64,000 nt of DNA from Octopus sinensis (taxonomy: Eukaryota). The stretch is from the NCBI RefSeq assembly GCF_006345805.1, contig NC_043008.1, forward strand, positions 28,396,001-28,460,000. The letters run 5' to 3'. Positions 38,671 to 50,375 of the stretch are shown here, piece by piece. Position 1 is the stretch's first letter, and each line of letters opens with the position of its first letter. The notes beneath the pieces are model-generated. The model worked only from the letters and a program-made list of their open reading frames with translations. It was not told the DNA's origin and made no database searches. The translations under genes and the position numbers were made by a program.

Positions 38671-39678
38671 TGCCCTACAAGGAATGTGGTATAACATGAG
38701 CAGTGGCGTGCCTCAAGGTTCAGTGCTTGGGCCCTTGTTGTTCTTAGTCTTCATAAATGACTTGCCCGACGACCTCACGCAACACACCCTTCTATTTGCC
38801 GACGATGTCAAACTGGTCGCTCCTCGCGGTAATATAGAGGATCTTCGTCGATGCCTCCACCAAATTTGGAAGTGGTCTAACAATTGGGACCTGTGTCTGA
38901 ACGTGTCAAAGTGCTGTCATCTGCTTGTTGGCTCTCCTCCTGCAACTCAACTTGATTTCGAGCCGGGCCGTCTGCTGCTGGAGAGGACCGATCAGGTAAA
39001 GGACCTAGGTATCTTGGTGTACTCCTCCTTTTCGCCTTCGGCCCAGTGCGTCCATGCTGCCAACAAAGCACGCGGAATTCTGTTCTTGATTCGACGGTCA
39101 TTCGGAATGCTCACAGCAGCCATATTCCTACCACTCTATGTCACGCTGGTGAGACCCATATTGGAGTATGGGATTCAAGCCTCTTCTCCTTATCTCCTCA
39201 AAGACATACAGCATCTCGAAAGAGTCCAGAAGCTGGCTACCCGCATGGTTCATGGTCTCAAAAATTTGTCCTACGAAGAAAGGCTGAGGACGCTCGACCT
39301 TTATTCTCTTGAAAAACGCCGCCGCCGTGGTGATCTCATTCTCGCCCACAACATCATAAGCGGAAAGTGTAACCTCTCGAAAGAGCCGTTCTTCACTCCT
39401 GCTCCAGAGCGTCGGCTGCGGGGTCATTCCGAAAAGCTCTATCTGCGACGATTTCATCTCAATCGAAGGAGAGGAGCTTTCTCCGTCCGGGTTGCGGATC
39501 CGTGGAACAAGCTGCCAGACGAGATGGTGAAGATGCCGACGACCGTTTTGTTCAAAGCATCCCTTGACCTCATGTGGCCTGAACTCTTTACAAGAACACC
39601 ACCCTGTACTTAACTCCATGTCCCCCTACATGGCCTTGCTATTTGCTTTTGAGCCAAATTAACTAACTAACTAACTAA
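38671..39678 (+). mobile_element. CR1-clade LINE, 5'-truncated, uninterrupted RT C-terminal ORF
   Basis: 309-aa ORF 38684-39613 with SGVPQGSVLGPLLF, LLFADDVKL, LYVTLVRPILEY, LYSLEKRRRRGDLI. (TAAC)n tail; candidate 7-bp TSD GTTTTCT at 38664-38670 and 39679-39685. Confidence 0.92.
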
Positions 39679-40301
39679 GTTTTCTGCGCTGATATTTTAA
39701 CCGTGCCGTGTCGTCATATTCCTCGATTATATTCTATCGAATGTATTTTACTCAAAAACATCATCTATTTTTTATTATTTCACCCAAAATAAGTAACAGA
39801 TATCTTGCTAAGAATATTACAGATGCCGATTATTCAGACTGTCTAGTATTAAACAGTTAGCATACGTAAGTAGGTAATATCTCTCTGCATGTTCTGGAGA
39901 TAAACTCCAATGAATATATACCATTTATCATCGTTTCTATAGCAGATGTGCTTTAAGACCAAGGCGGGAATGGACGCTAATGCTCTTTCTATAGAGGAGA
40001 AATCACAAAATTTGGGTATTGCGAATACCTTAAAAGAAATATCTCTAAATCCATGACTGTTATGAGAATCTGGATTAATGAAGGATGCATAGCGCTTAAA
40101 TGTTTGTAAATGATATAGAAATCTAATTTTGCATTAAAAGAAAATGAAATAGAACCACTTCAGAGCAGGAGGCTCATCAAAATTAGTTTATGGTTGTAAA
40201 ACATGGACACTTACCTGAAAAAGTTTCTGTACAGTTCGTAGACCAAATTTTCCATCCTATGCAAACCCTAGCATTACTAACAATGATACACCATGACATA
40301 C

Positions 40302-41447
40302 TATCAGGTCATTAAGACTGAAATGTCCGATTTTCTTATGCGCGATGTTTGAGTCTTAGCTCTAATGTTCATACTAACAATTCTTTGACACTTTTCGAAA
40401 TACAATTCATGTTGCCTGATTATATTGAGAGTTTTCTATTGTAAATCAATTTTTGTGAACCCAAGGAGAGACCAAAAATTCGTGTTATGAATATAAGTTC
40501 CGTCGTGGAACTAATGCATACCAGACAGCCCAAAACATCAATGAGTTGTTTGGTGGAGATGTGGCGAATGAGTGCACTGTACGTCGATTGTTTGAAAGGC
40601 TCCTGTCTGGTGAATTTACTCTTGAGATCAGCCCCGTGGTAGACCTCAAACTAATGTGGATAATGATGAGTTGGAAACTGTATTAGAAGCGGATACATCC
40701 CAAACTACGCGTTTGTTAGCAGCAAGGTTTGATGTTTCGATTCCAACTATATTGGGCCATTTGAAACAAATCGACAAGGTAATGTAGCTAGAGAATTGAG
40801 TACCACTCGAACTGAACAAGTATCAAATGATACGTCGTCTTGAAACTTGCTGTTCCTTGCTGTCACATCATAAAAACGAACCTTTTTTGTATCGTATCGT
40901 TACGTGTGATGAAAAATGTGTTCTTTTGGATAGAAAGGAGGTGTCAAAACACAATTTAAAATAATGATGGTGTCTGTTTGGTGGTCTAGCGCTGGTGTCA
41001 TCCATTACCACTTCATGAGACCTGGTAAGTCAATTACAGTGGATGTATACCTCAACCAATGGGATGAAATGATGGGTGAACTTGCAATTAAACCGCCAAG
41101 ATTGGTCAATAGAGACAGGCCAAATCTCTTGCAAGACAATGCACGATTAAATATTGCACAAGATCGCTACTTCTACATATTCTCCAGACCTTACACCAAA
41201 GAACTATAACGTTTTCCAAGGAAAAACCTTCAAATCTGAAGAAGTTACAAACGTAGCCTTTCGTGATTTCATCACTTCTTGCACTTCAGATTTCTTCAAT
41301 GCCGGTATAAATAAGCTATCGATAAAACGACAAAATTGTGTTTGTAATTTAGGTGCATACTTTGATTAACTGCATTGGTTTTTGTTGAGATAGAGCAAAA
41401 TAAGCTTTCGGTTGAAAATCGGACATTTCATTCTTAATGACCTGATA
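40302..41447 (+). mobile_element. Near full-length decayed mariner
   Basis: 32-bp TIRs tcaggtcattaagactgaaatgtccgattttc with one mismatch; TA TSDs; remnants RIVTCDEK, MMVSVWWS, LLQDNAR, YSPDLTP. Confidence 0.93.
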
Positions 41448-41944
41448 TGTCACGCAGAGACAATACCAAATCACAGATTAAGATTTTATTCATTGCTGGC
41501 GTGTTAAAGACAAGGCTGCATCTCAAGAGTTACTGTGGTGCTTTCCCATGATAAGTAGTGAAGAGAAAGAAATCAGTAGGAAACATTAGTAACTGCTAGA
41601 AAACAAGATACGCTCATCATACGCTATAAAGAGTGCAACGAATAACACTGAGGAATGAAAGTGATGTGTCAAGAATGCCAACTAATTTTCGATTCAGTAA
41701 CTTACACACACACATCCTAACCACATAAACACACACGCACACACACATACAGAAACATAGAGGAACACACAGACACACACACGTACACACAGACACACCA
41801 CACCACACCACACCACACACATACACACCACACCACACACTTATATATAATATACAAGCTTCGGCTGCGTTGTCAAAGAACATGTCTTATAGAATATTTG
41901 TGTGCGTTGTGATAAGTATGTAAGTATGATGAAGCACGGGCTAA

Positions 41945-42200
41945 TGATTAGCGTGTTCAACTCACGATAGTAAGCAAGATCATTGTTTCGATTCCCGAAC
42001 CAGAGGTTGCTTTCTGTTCTTGCCTGTTATGCTGCTCTACGATAACTTCAACATCTGACATATCGCACACCGTACAGGGAATGTAATTTTGATAGAGGTA
42101 GGAAGCTACTGTAGAGCACAAATATTTAATCACTATAAGCATATCATCGGTGCAGCTATCCAGAACCTCCACCTGCCGTTTACGAGAAGAAAATACACCC
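41945..42200 (+). mobile_element. tRNA-derived SINE, degenerate
   Basis: B-box tgtttcgattcc near 41985-41996; similar to 37410-37620. Confidence 0.5.
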
Positions 42201-43424
42201 AATATAATTATATGCGTTTGTGTCTCTACGCCTGTGTCTTTCGTCCGGTGTATAGAAAAACAGCGTGACAAAAATATCAACCTTATATCTTATATGTTTG
42301 TCGTAAAGGTTTTCAAGTATTGTAAATTTATTTCAATTTAAGGCATTGTACTCTGCACAGTTTGATAAACATATATATTGCCTCCATATATTTAAGAGAA
42401 CGAAATCAATAAGAATTACAGTGGTTTAATATTCATGAATATATGCTAAGGCAAAATATACTTAGTCAATTGTTTTCAAGATACGTTTGTATATTTATAG
42501 AGAAATGTTGATGTATGAAATAGTATGTTTAACAAAAATATATAAAGTCCTGATAAAATATGAGTTTTTTTAAATATTTTGAATTGTATAAATTACTAAA
42601 GAAATACATATCAATGCATACGCAGGCATGCATACATTGAAAAACACAGTCACACAACATAGTCACCCACACATACTCATACACAAGCTCAAATACCCCT
42701 ACACACATAATTTTAAATAATTTTGTCTTGTGTTGTAAGCAAATATATATTGTGTATAAATATATTGAAATTATGAAAATCTGCTTAAAACGATTATAAT
42801 GAATAACAAATTCAATCGAAACGTAACCGTTAGGTGAAGATGCCCGTTTTGACGATGCCCGTGTTTCTATACAGAGGCAATTTCGTTAGCTTTGCTCCAG
42901 TTCATTCAGCTGAATAAGAGTATCATAGGTGGCAGAAAACTGAACGTATGACGGCCTGACGGTTTTGATATGCACTCCCACCGAATGCAAACCTGTCTCA
43001 GTTTAGCCGCATTTGATTATGGACATACGCGTGGCCAAGACATCGAGAGACAAAAAAAGAAACTTGCATAAAAATGAAATAAAATCAATGAACTCTTTTA
43101 ACATCTGTAAAACGAAGTGTTAAACATCAATATATCGAAGAGCTGAATAATAAAATTACATATATTTTCAAAAATATTTTTTATATCATTATATTTTATT
43201 TATGATGCAAGAGAATTGGAGGAATTAAAATCAATCCATGAAATTACCCCTAAGAAAATTGTTTCAGAGCAACAGTAAAATGAATCTGTTATTCATGTAT
43301 ATATTAATATATTAATATAACTGTCTTTTAAAAGCTAACATTAAAATTCCTACAAAAAGCATTCTTGACATTGCAACAACTAGATATGGAGAGCCTGTTC
43401 TACGTCGCTTCATTTATAGACAGA

Positions 43425-43576
43425 GCTTACAAAAACACACGCGTACACACATACACACATACACAAGCATATGCACATGCACATGTATGCTTATTAGCAA
43501 GGACAATAGAGTGACGAACAAGTTATATTGCATAATATTACAATTGTTTTATCGACATTTTAACAGAACAATTATT
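43425..43576 (+). repeat. 152-bp direct repeat, copy 1 (copy 2 at 46077-46228)
   Basis: gcttacaaaaacacac...aacagaacaattatt appears identical at both positions. Confidence 0.9.
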
Positions 43577-44289
43577 GCTGAAATGTTATTATACACGAGA
43601 TAAATCACAGCAACAGTATTAATTTAGAATTACTGGATCATATCACTTCTTAAGTTAATACCTATATTGAATGTGTTTCTTTCTACGTGTGCACGCGTGC
43701 ACGCGTGTGCACATGTGTAATAGTTTGATTGTGCTTGTAAGCCTTGAAGTGTGTGCGTGAGTGAGTTGGTGTGTGTTTGGTAAAAACTTCATGTGCGTGT
43801 TTGAGTGAGTTGTTCTGTGTACATGTGAGTTTTTAGGTCGAGGCTATATCTATATATATATTTATATATATGGTTTTGTTTCAGTGTACCTATGTTTCGA
43901 TGAACACTTGAAAACACACCTTGCAAGCGAACTCAATTCATTTACAAAAAGGGAAAACATATTCCATGCTAGGATACTGAGATATTTATAAACTGTGCGG
44001 ATCTAAACTGAAATACCGTCCATACCAATCAATTTCGAGTTTGGTTTGGACTTTTAAACTACTTCAAATGTATATTACATCCATATATATTTATATGCAT
44101 CCATGTATCTATGTATGTACACACACCCACACACACATACATACATACATGCATACATACATACATACATACATACAAACATACATACATACATACATAC
44201 ATACACACACAAATATATATATTCTAGTTTCACCTCAAAAGTGTGGCTATGCTGGAGCACTGCCGTTTTGCTACACTGTTATGATTGAG

Positions 44290-45020
44290 ATCTTCCTCTA
44301 ATATGCGTCATTTGGTAAATAATGGAGTTTGATGTCGCTACCCTCATTTGCGCATTATGTGGCGGGGTGGGTACATCTGAGACTCTCGGCAGGAACATGT
44401 CAAGTTTTGATTTGAAAACACCTACATCCAATTTGTATAGGTCCCTCAGGCTCTTTGGGAGAATATTAAAAAGATGTGGGCCCGTGAAACTTAGGCTATT
44501 GCAATAACTGGTCCTGAAGCGCGATGGCATTGATTGAATCATTAGCATCGTTCTGGCATTTGTGTAGCTTTCAATAATAAAATAGAGCACAATTAATTCC
44601 AGGATCTTCCAGATGTATATTACTGCATACTCCTCCTGCCTTCGTTCCGGATAGTAGAATCTTAGCAGATTCAGCCTTTCCCAGTAGCTGTTGCAATGAG
44701 ACGATCTTCTCTGTGAAGTTTCGCTGGATTTCTTGAAGGTCCAACTATAATTTTACACTGTCGGGTGAGCATAGCTGAGAGCAGCAATCCAGACGGCGGA
44801 GGACAACCTTCCTCTAGGCGACCATCATCGTTTCTTTCTCTCTGGTTCTGAACGTTCTCAGGGTCCAACCAGCTAGTCATCTGCACTTTGTCGCCATCCT
44901 GGTAATGTTCACTTGGAAAGAGGTATCCTCACTCATGTCGATACCCAGGTCCAGCTCTGATTTAGACTAGTGTACCTTGTACGTTCTATATTACGTTTTG
45001 GACGCTGGAAGTGCATGGCT
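44290..45020 (-). mobile_element. CR1-type LINE 3' fragment, decayed
   Basis: Minus strand YWERLNLLRFYYPERRQEEYAVIYIWKIL and NSLSFTGPHLFNILPKSLRDL...FKSKLDMFL..V.D.P. Confidence 0.8.
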
Positions 45021-45283
45021 TGGAATTAAAGTGCTTATTATTGACCTCAAATCATCTGTAATTTGAGTTCAACTCCTGCTGTAGGTGTGCAACTTCGCTG
45101 GGGTTGTGTATTTTCTGCGAGACTTTCGTAACGTCTGCGTAGCTAGCAAGAATGGCGATCCGGGCATATCTGAGGAAGCTACTATGAAAAACAGTGGTCC
45201 CAAGACAGTGGCATGTAGAATACCACTCACTATCTGCGTTTACTTTGGCCACTACTGCCTGGTATCTATCTTCCAGAGAGTCC

Positions 45284-45332
<49 letters not shown>

Positions 45333-45384
45333 TCTTTTACTCTTTTACTTGTTTCAGCCATCCGGCTGAGGCCATGCTGGGGCA

Positions 45385-45483
<99 letters not shown>

Positions 45484-45655
45484 TGTGTTTTGCTAGAAAG
45501 AGGTAGAAACTGATATCAGTCCGAGATGTAAAGTTATTGGTAAATGTTTTCGATTTTTCACTCTCGATAAATTTATCCCCTTTTTGTGTCCCCAGCACTT
45601 GACATCATTATTTAGGAGCCCTTAATTATATTTCTACATGAATAATAGTTTTCTA

Positions 45656-45975
45656 TTAGCTATTTGATACAGAAACTGTATCCATATAACCTTCGAATAA
45701 GGGTGGTCAGTCGCTCCACACTACTTGATCGACAGCTACAGACGCATTTCGGGGTATTGCCCCTTGTCAATGTAGCGTAGTCAGACCAGTAGGTGTCGCT
45801 TCCGACTATCTCTGTTCGAAGGTTTTATTTACCTAGTTTCGGTGGAATACATCCACTTGTTTTCAATAATAGAAATATTAAAATTACTAAGTCTCTCTAA
45901 AAGAGAACACCGCACTAATATATGATATATTTGTTCGAAGGTTATATGGATACAGTTTGTTTATCAAATAGCTAA
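45656..45975. mobile_element. 320-bp element with 45-bp terminal inverted repeats enclosing hammerhead motifs
   Basis: Arms 45656-45700 and 45931-45975 (3 mismatches by eye); no ORF; HHR motifs on the minus strand inside. Confidence 0.65.
45735..45776 (-). ncRNA. Minimal type I hammerhead ribozyme, U3:A8 core variant
   Basis: Minus strand: GCTACA TTGACAA GGGG(CAATA)CCCC GAAA TGCG TC TGTAGC. Perfect 6-bp stem I, 4-bp stem II, GUC cleavage triplet. Confidence 0.75.
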
Positions 45976-46238
45976 CTTAAGGCGATGGCCTCATGGAGCT
46001 AATAAGCGGACAGCTTTATTCTTATTTTTATAAGAATGCCATATTAGTATGGCGATAACTATTAATTTCCAGGAACGCTTACAAAAACACACGCGTACAC
46101 ACATACACACATACACAAGCATATGCACATGCACATGTATGCTTATTAGCAAGGACAATAGAGTGACGAACAAGTTATATTGCATAATATTACAATTGTT
46201 TTATCGACATTTTAACAGAACAATTATTAGCAAGGACA

Positions 46239-46269
<31 letters not shown>

Positions 46270-46341
46270 CATACACACATACATACATACATACACTCAA
46301 TTCTATCTCTCTCTGAATATATATATATGTATAAATATATA

Positions 46342-46623
46342 TCACCGTGATCATCGTGACTGACCAGGCTATCAGATGTTGTTACAAATCGCTGGTCACA
46401 ATGCGCTTCGCATTGTTTTAGCCTTCAAATGACGCTAAGCGAGCAGGCCAACAGTAGAAAGAGTGAGAGAAAGTTGTGGCGAAAGAGTACAGCAGGGATC
46501 GCCGGAGCTCGTGGAGCTTTAGGTGTTTTCGTTCAATAAACACTCACAACGCCCGGTCTGGGAATCGAAACCGCGATCCCACGACCGCGAGTCCGCTGCC
46601 CTAACCACTGGGCCATTGCGCCT

Positions 46624-46626
<3 letters not shown>
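46342..46626 (-). mobile_element. tRNA-derived SINE, well preserved
   Basis: Minus strand starts tggaggcgcaatggcccagtggttagggcagcggactcgcggtcgtgggatcgcggtttcgattccc, with clear A and B boxes. Confidence 0.85.
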
Positions 46627-46668
<42 letters not shown>

Positions 46669-47743
46669 GATATATAGACAAAATAGAGACAGATATCTAC
46701 TATAAACCGAGAGACTCTAAACAGTACCTACCCTTTGATTCATGCCACCCACGACACACTGGAATGAATGTCCCTTTTTGTTTAGCTAGAAGGATTTGCA
46801 CCATAATATCAGACACAAACACCCGACACACACGTCTCCAGGAACTTAGAACCACACTCACAAATAGAAACTATCCACAGCCCCTAATAGACAGTGCAAT
46901 CCAACGGGTACTTAAATTAAGTATAGAAGACCTGAGACAAACAAAACCAAAAAAGAAAGAACAATTAAAAACCCTTCCCTACATCTCTACACACAACCCA
47001 CTCAACACCATACTACAAAGCACAGTCCTACTAAAGGGAGACCCAAAGATGAACGGATCCTCGAAACACACACCATCATTAAAAGTAAACGGCAACCAAA
47101 ATCCTTGAAAAGGATTTTAACCCAAGCTACACTGCACTCAACATCAACCACAAAACCAGCAGTTAGAAACTGTGGAAGGCCCAACTGCGGAATCTGTGTC
47201 ATCTTGAAAGAAGGATCAGAATTTATACTGGAACAAGGCCACCAGTTCACCATTAGAACAAACTTCACCTGCGCATCAGAAAACTTAATTTACGTCATAA
47301 CATGCGCAGGCTTCAATAGGCAGTATATAGGCCATACAAAAAATAGCTTACGTAACAGGATGGCGGTGCATAATCACAAATTAGAAACCCTGATTACCGC
47401 AAAATACCGGTCAGCGGACACATAGATAGATGTGCTGGAAATGTAAATCCGAAATTTACAACTAACCCGCTCTATAAATTCAGTGACAACGCAACCTTCA
47501 CACAACGCCAAAATAAAGAACTATATTTCATAAAAAAATTTAGACCAAGTTTAAACACCCTGGGCCAGGAATACTAAAACAAAAGATAAGTCCTCCGAAA
47601 AGGAGAACCAAATTTCACCACGGCCGCTACTTCAAACAGACACTCACTCTGACGGAAATATGCCTTAGTAAAAAAGGAAAAAAATTCTTTCGTGCAAATC
47701 TGACCCTGATACATACGATACAGCTAAGGGTCAGACCCGATTC

Positions 47744-48190
47744 TGATTGGTCAACAAGTTGATGACGTCTAGCTCTGCTAGAATGGACAGGATACAAACA
47801 GGGGACAGTCATTAGTCAGAATATTGATGACGTCCTTTTCTGCTTGAATAGTCACCTAACAAGTACAGACAGGGGGCAGATCTAATGTAGCTATAAGTCG
47901 TGATTGGGCAGAATCTGGATGACGTCCCGCTATGCTTGACTAACGAAGCGACTGGTCAAGACAGGAAACAAACAGAGGGAGTTATAATGCAGCGATTGGT
48001 CAAAATAATGATGACGTCCCGTTCCACTGGTTAAAGCCACCTAACGAAACGATTGGTCAAAACATTGATGACGTCACGCTACGCTAGATTGACCACCTAA
48101 CAGCATTATAAAACTGAGCATTTCACAAAAACTCACTAGAACCACCCAGCGAACTTCCACCATGGGTCATCACAATTGCTTAAGGTAAAA
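47744..48190 (+). promoter_or_regulatory. Five-unit inverted-CCAAT + CRE array, TATA box, Kozak ATG and splice donor
   Basis: GATTGG-like boxes at 47745, 47810, 47902, 47994 and 48051, each followed 16 nt later by GATGACGTC. TATAAAA 48107-48113; CCACCATGG 48157-48165; AAG|GTAAAA at 48184/48185. Confidence 0.65.
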
Positions 48191-48450
48191 ATGAATTCCT
48201 CGCTCTTTCGGAAACATCAATCTTCTGTATTGACCGCTTTCCACCACTTTGATCTGTTGTTTGTATTGAATACGTATCGCCACCGTGGGTCACTGCATCG
48301 AACACTTTGAACATATACTTCAAACTATATATCAACTATACATGAACTATATATCAACTATACATGAACTCTAAGATGTCTGACTCCGTTGTGTATTATA
48401 AATGAATTTCTTGTGTTTGACGGCATGAGCTGTCTCTTTTTATATATAAC

Positions 48451-48495
48451 TTTTTTTGATAAGGTTCATTTCAGGAACTGAAACATGTTATAATG
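48451..48495 (+). ncRNA. Hammerhead-like motif, U3:A8 core, weak stem I
   Basis: TTGATAA GGTTC(ATTTCAG)GAACT GAAA CATG TT ATAATG; palindromic ACATGT loop III. Confidence 0.5.
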
Positions 48496-48653
48496 TATAT
48501 ATAAAAATTAAAAATTGTATAATACAGCAGCATTTTCGAACTTCATTTTTTATAATATAGATATATAATATATATATATATATAATATATATAGATATTA
48601 TATATATATATATATATAATATATATATATATAATATATATAAATATCTATTA

Positions 48654-48754
<101 letters not shown>

Positions 48755-48798
48755 AAACAAGTAAAAAATAGAAAATGCTAAAATAATTTCATAGTGAA

Positions 48799-48846
48799 CA
48801 TTTCAGTACCGGTTTCGGTCATTTTGAGACCTTTTCAACTGTAATG
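48799..48846 (-). ncRNA. Minimal type I hammerhead ribozyme, U3:A8 core (left arm)
   Basis: Reverse complement identical to 49075-49122. Confidence 0.7.
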
Positions 48847-49074
48847 ATTAAATAATTAAATTTAGAAAAATTAGAAGAAAAGTTTTTTAAAAGAATATTT
48901 CTATAGTAGTGTTCAGATTTAAGTGGCATTCTGCCTTTCTCTGACTCCCTTGTTTGCACTTGTGTTTCGAACACGAGTCAGAGAAAGGCAGAATGCCACT
49001 AAATCTGAACACTACTATAGAAATATTCTTTTAAAAAAACTTTTCTTCTAATTTTTCTAAATTTTATTATTAAT

Positions 49075-49122
49075 CATTACAGTTGAAAAGGTCTCAAAAT
49101 GACCGAAACCGGTACTGAAATG
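49075..49122 (+). ncRNA. Minimal type I hammerhead ribozyme, U3:A8 core (right arm)
   Basis: CATTACAG TTGAAAA GGTC(TCAAAAT)GACC GAAA CCGG TA CTGAAATG. Stem I CATT.CAG/CTG.AATG, palindromic ACCGGT helix III, GUA triplet. Confidence 0.7.
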
Positions 49123-49243
49123 TTCACTATAAAATTATTTAGCATTTTCTATTTTTTACTTGTTTTTTCATATATATCAACTCGTGTGTTCCTTTTCACC
49201 CTTATACATACATATATATATATATATATATAATATATATATA

Positions 49244-49367
<124 letters not shown>

Positions 49368-49620
49368 TACATACATGCATATATATATATATATTATTAT
49401 ATTTATATATATACACATATACATATTTACACGCATCTACAGCGTACATGTGAAAGAGCAATCCGAACGAATCTGGTAATAGTTATACGTTGTCTATAGC
49501 GATAACTTTGTAACAGCTATTGAAGCAATAATACCTCAAACAAGTTTTTCAACATTGGAAGCAAACCTAATTGAACGATGTGATGCATAACCTAATGGTC
49601 GGGAGAGGAGACGTGCCTCC

Positions 49621-49678
49621 TATATAACCAAGGGCAAATTATTTCACTGTAATTACCACAAAAGATTTGAAGGTAAGA
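49621..49678 (+). promoter_or_regulatory. TATA box + short first-exon-like segment + 5' splice site (copy 2)
   Basis: TATATAA-N16-TCACTGTAATTACCACAA-aagatttgaag|GTAAGA; paralogous to 18742-18797. Confidence 0.4.
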
Positions 49679-49964
49679 TATGTTTACTGTATGTATGTGA
49701 AACATAATTAACATTTACTATAAAACAGAAGCAATGAGACGTCACGGCTCATGTATGAAGAAATATAACATCGAAGAAGTAGAATATATATGCTCTATGA
49801 TGGCAGGCTACCATAGCATATATATAAATATTGTAAATGCAACGAAACAGCTACGGAAGCAGATGGCATATTTTGTTGGCTCATTTCATAACGATATCGC
49901 TTTTAAAGAGCATCAGGAGAGCGTCTGATTTCAATGGGAGATGGTTCGATTTTCTATCTGTAAT

Positions 49965-50255
49965 TGAAAACCATAGACATCAAATCACTGACACGCTCAT
50001 CTCTTAAATACTTCTTACGCACTCGTCCTTCGCCCGATCCTAGCATTACTTCACAACGCCTCTTAAACGCTTTAGGATTTCTTTCGCTGGAGAATTTTAT
50101 ATACATTTCTGCGGTGTCACGATGGGGTCGCGAATGGGCCCCAATTATGCCAAATCTTTGTAGGCCATATTGAAGAGCAAATCTTCGCTCATTTCTCGCG
50201 AAAATTACCGGAGCTGTATGTTCGTTGAATTTACGATTGTATCGGCGCCACCACA
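49965..50255 (+). mobile_element. Penelope-like RT core fragment, decayed
   Basis: TIDIKSL ... MGSRMGPNYA..FVGHIEEQIFAHF...PELYVR*IYDCIGAT (PLE RT motifs around the YxDD region). Confidence 0.8.
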
Positions 50256-50299
50256 GTTAGAAGACATCACCTCAGGAAGTGTATGTGTATGCGTGTGTA

Positions 50300-50375
<76 letters not shown>

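Larger units (their letters stand above)
46689..48495 (+). mobile_element. Penelope-like element, 5'-truncated (RT thumb + GIY-YIG + 3' pLTR-like region)
   Basis: TDIYYKPRDSKQYLPFDSCHPRH..NVPFCLARRICTI; CGRPNCGIC...FTCASENLIYVITC....YIGHTKNSLRNRMAVH; ends FIKKFRPSLNTLGQEY* at 47577. Two frameshifts. Confidence 0.92.

Noticed and set aside
45165-45200. CTGAGGA...GAAA hammerhead-like core
   Set aside because: No convincing stem II, and stem I cannot form.
47744-48080. CRISPR-like repeat/spacer appearance
   Set aside because: Eukaryotic context, short bipartite degenerate motifs, irregular periods, and no cas genes.
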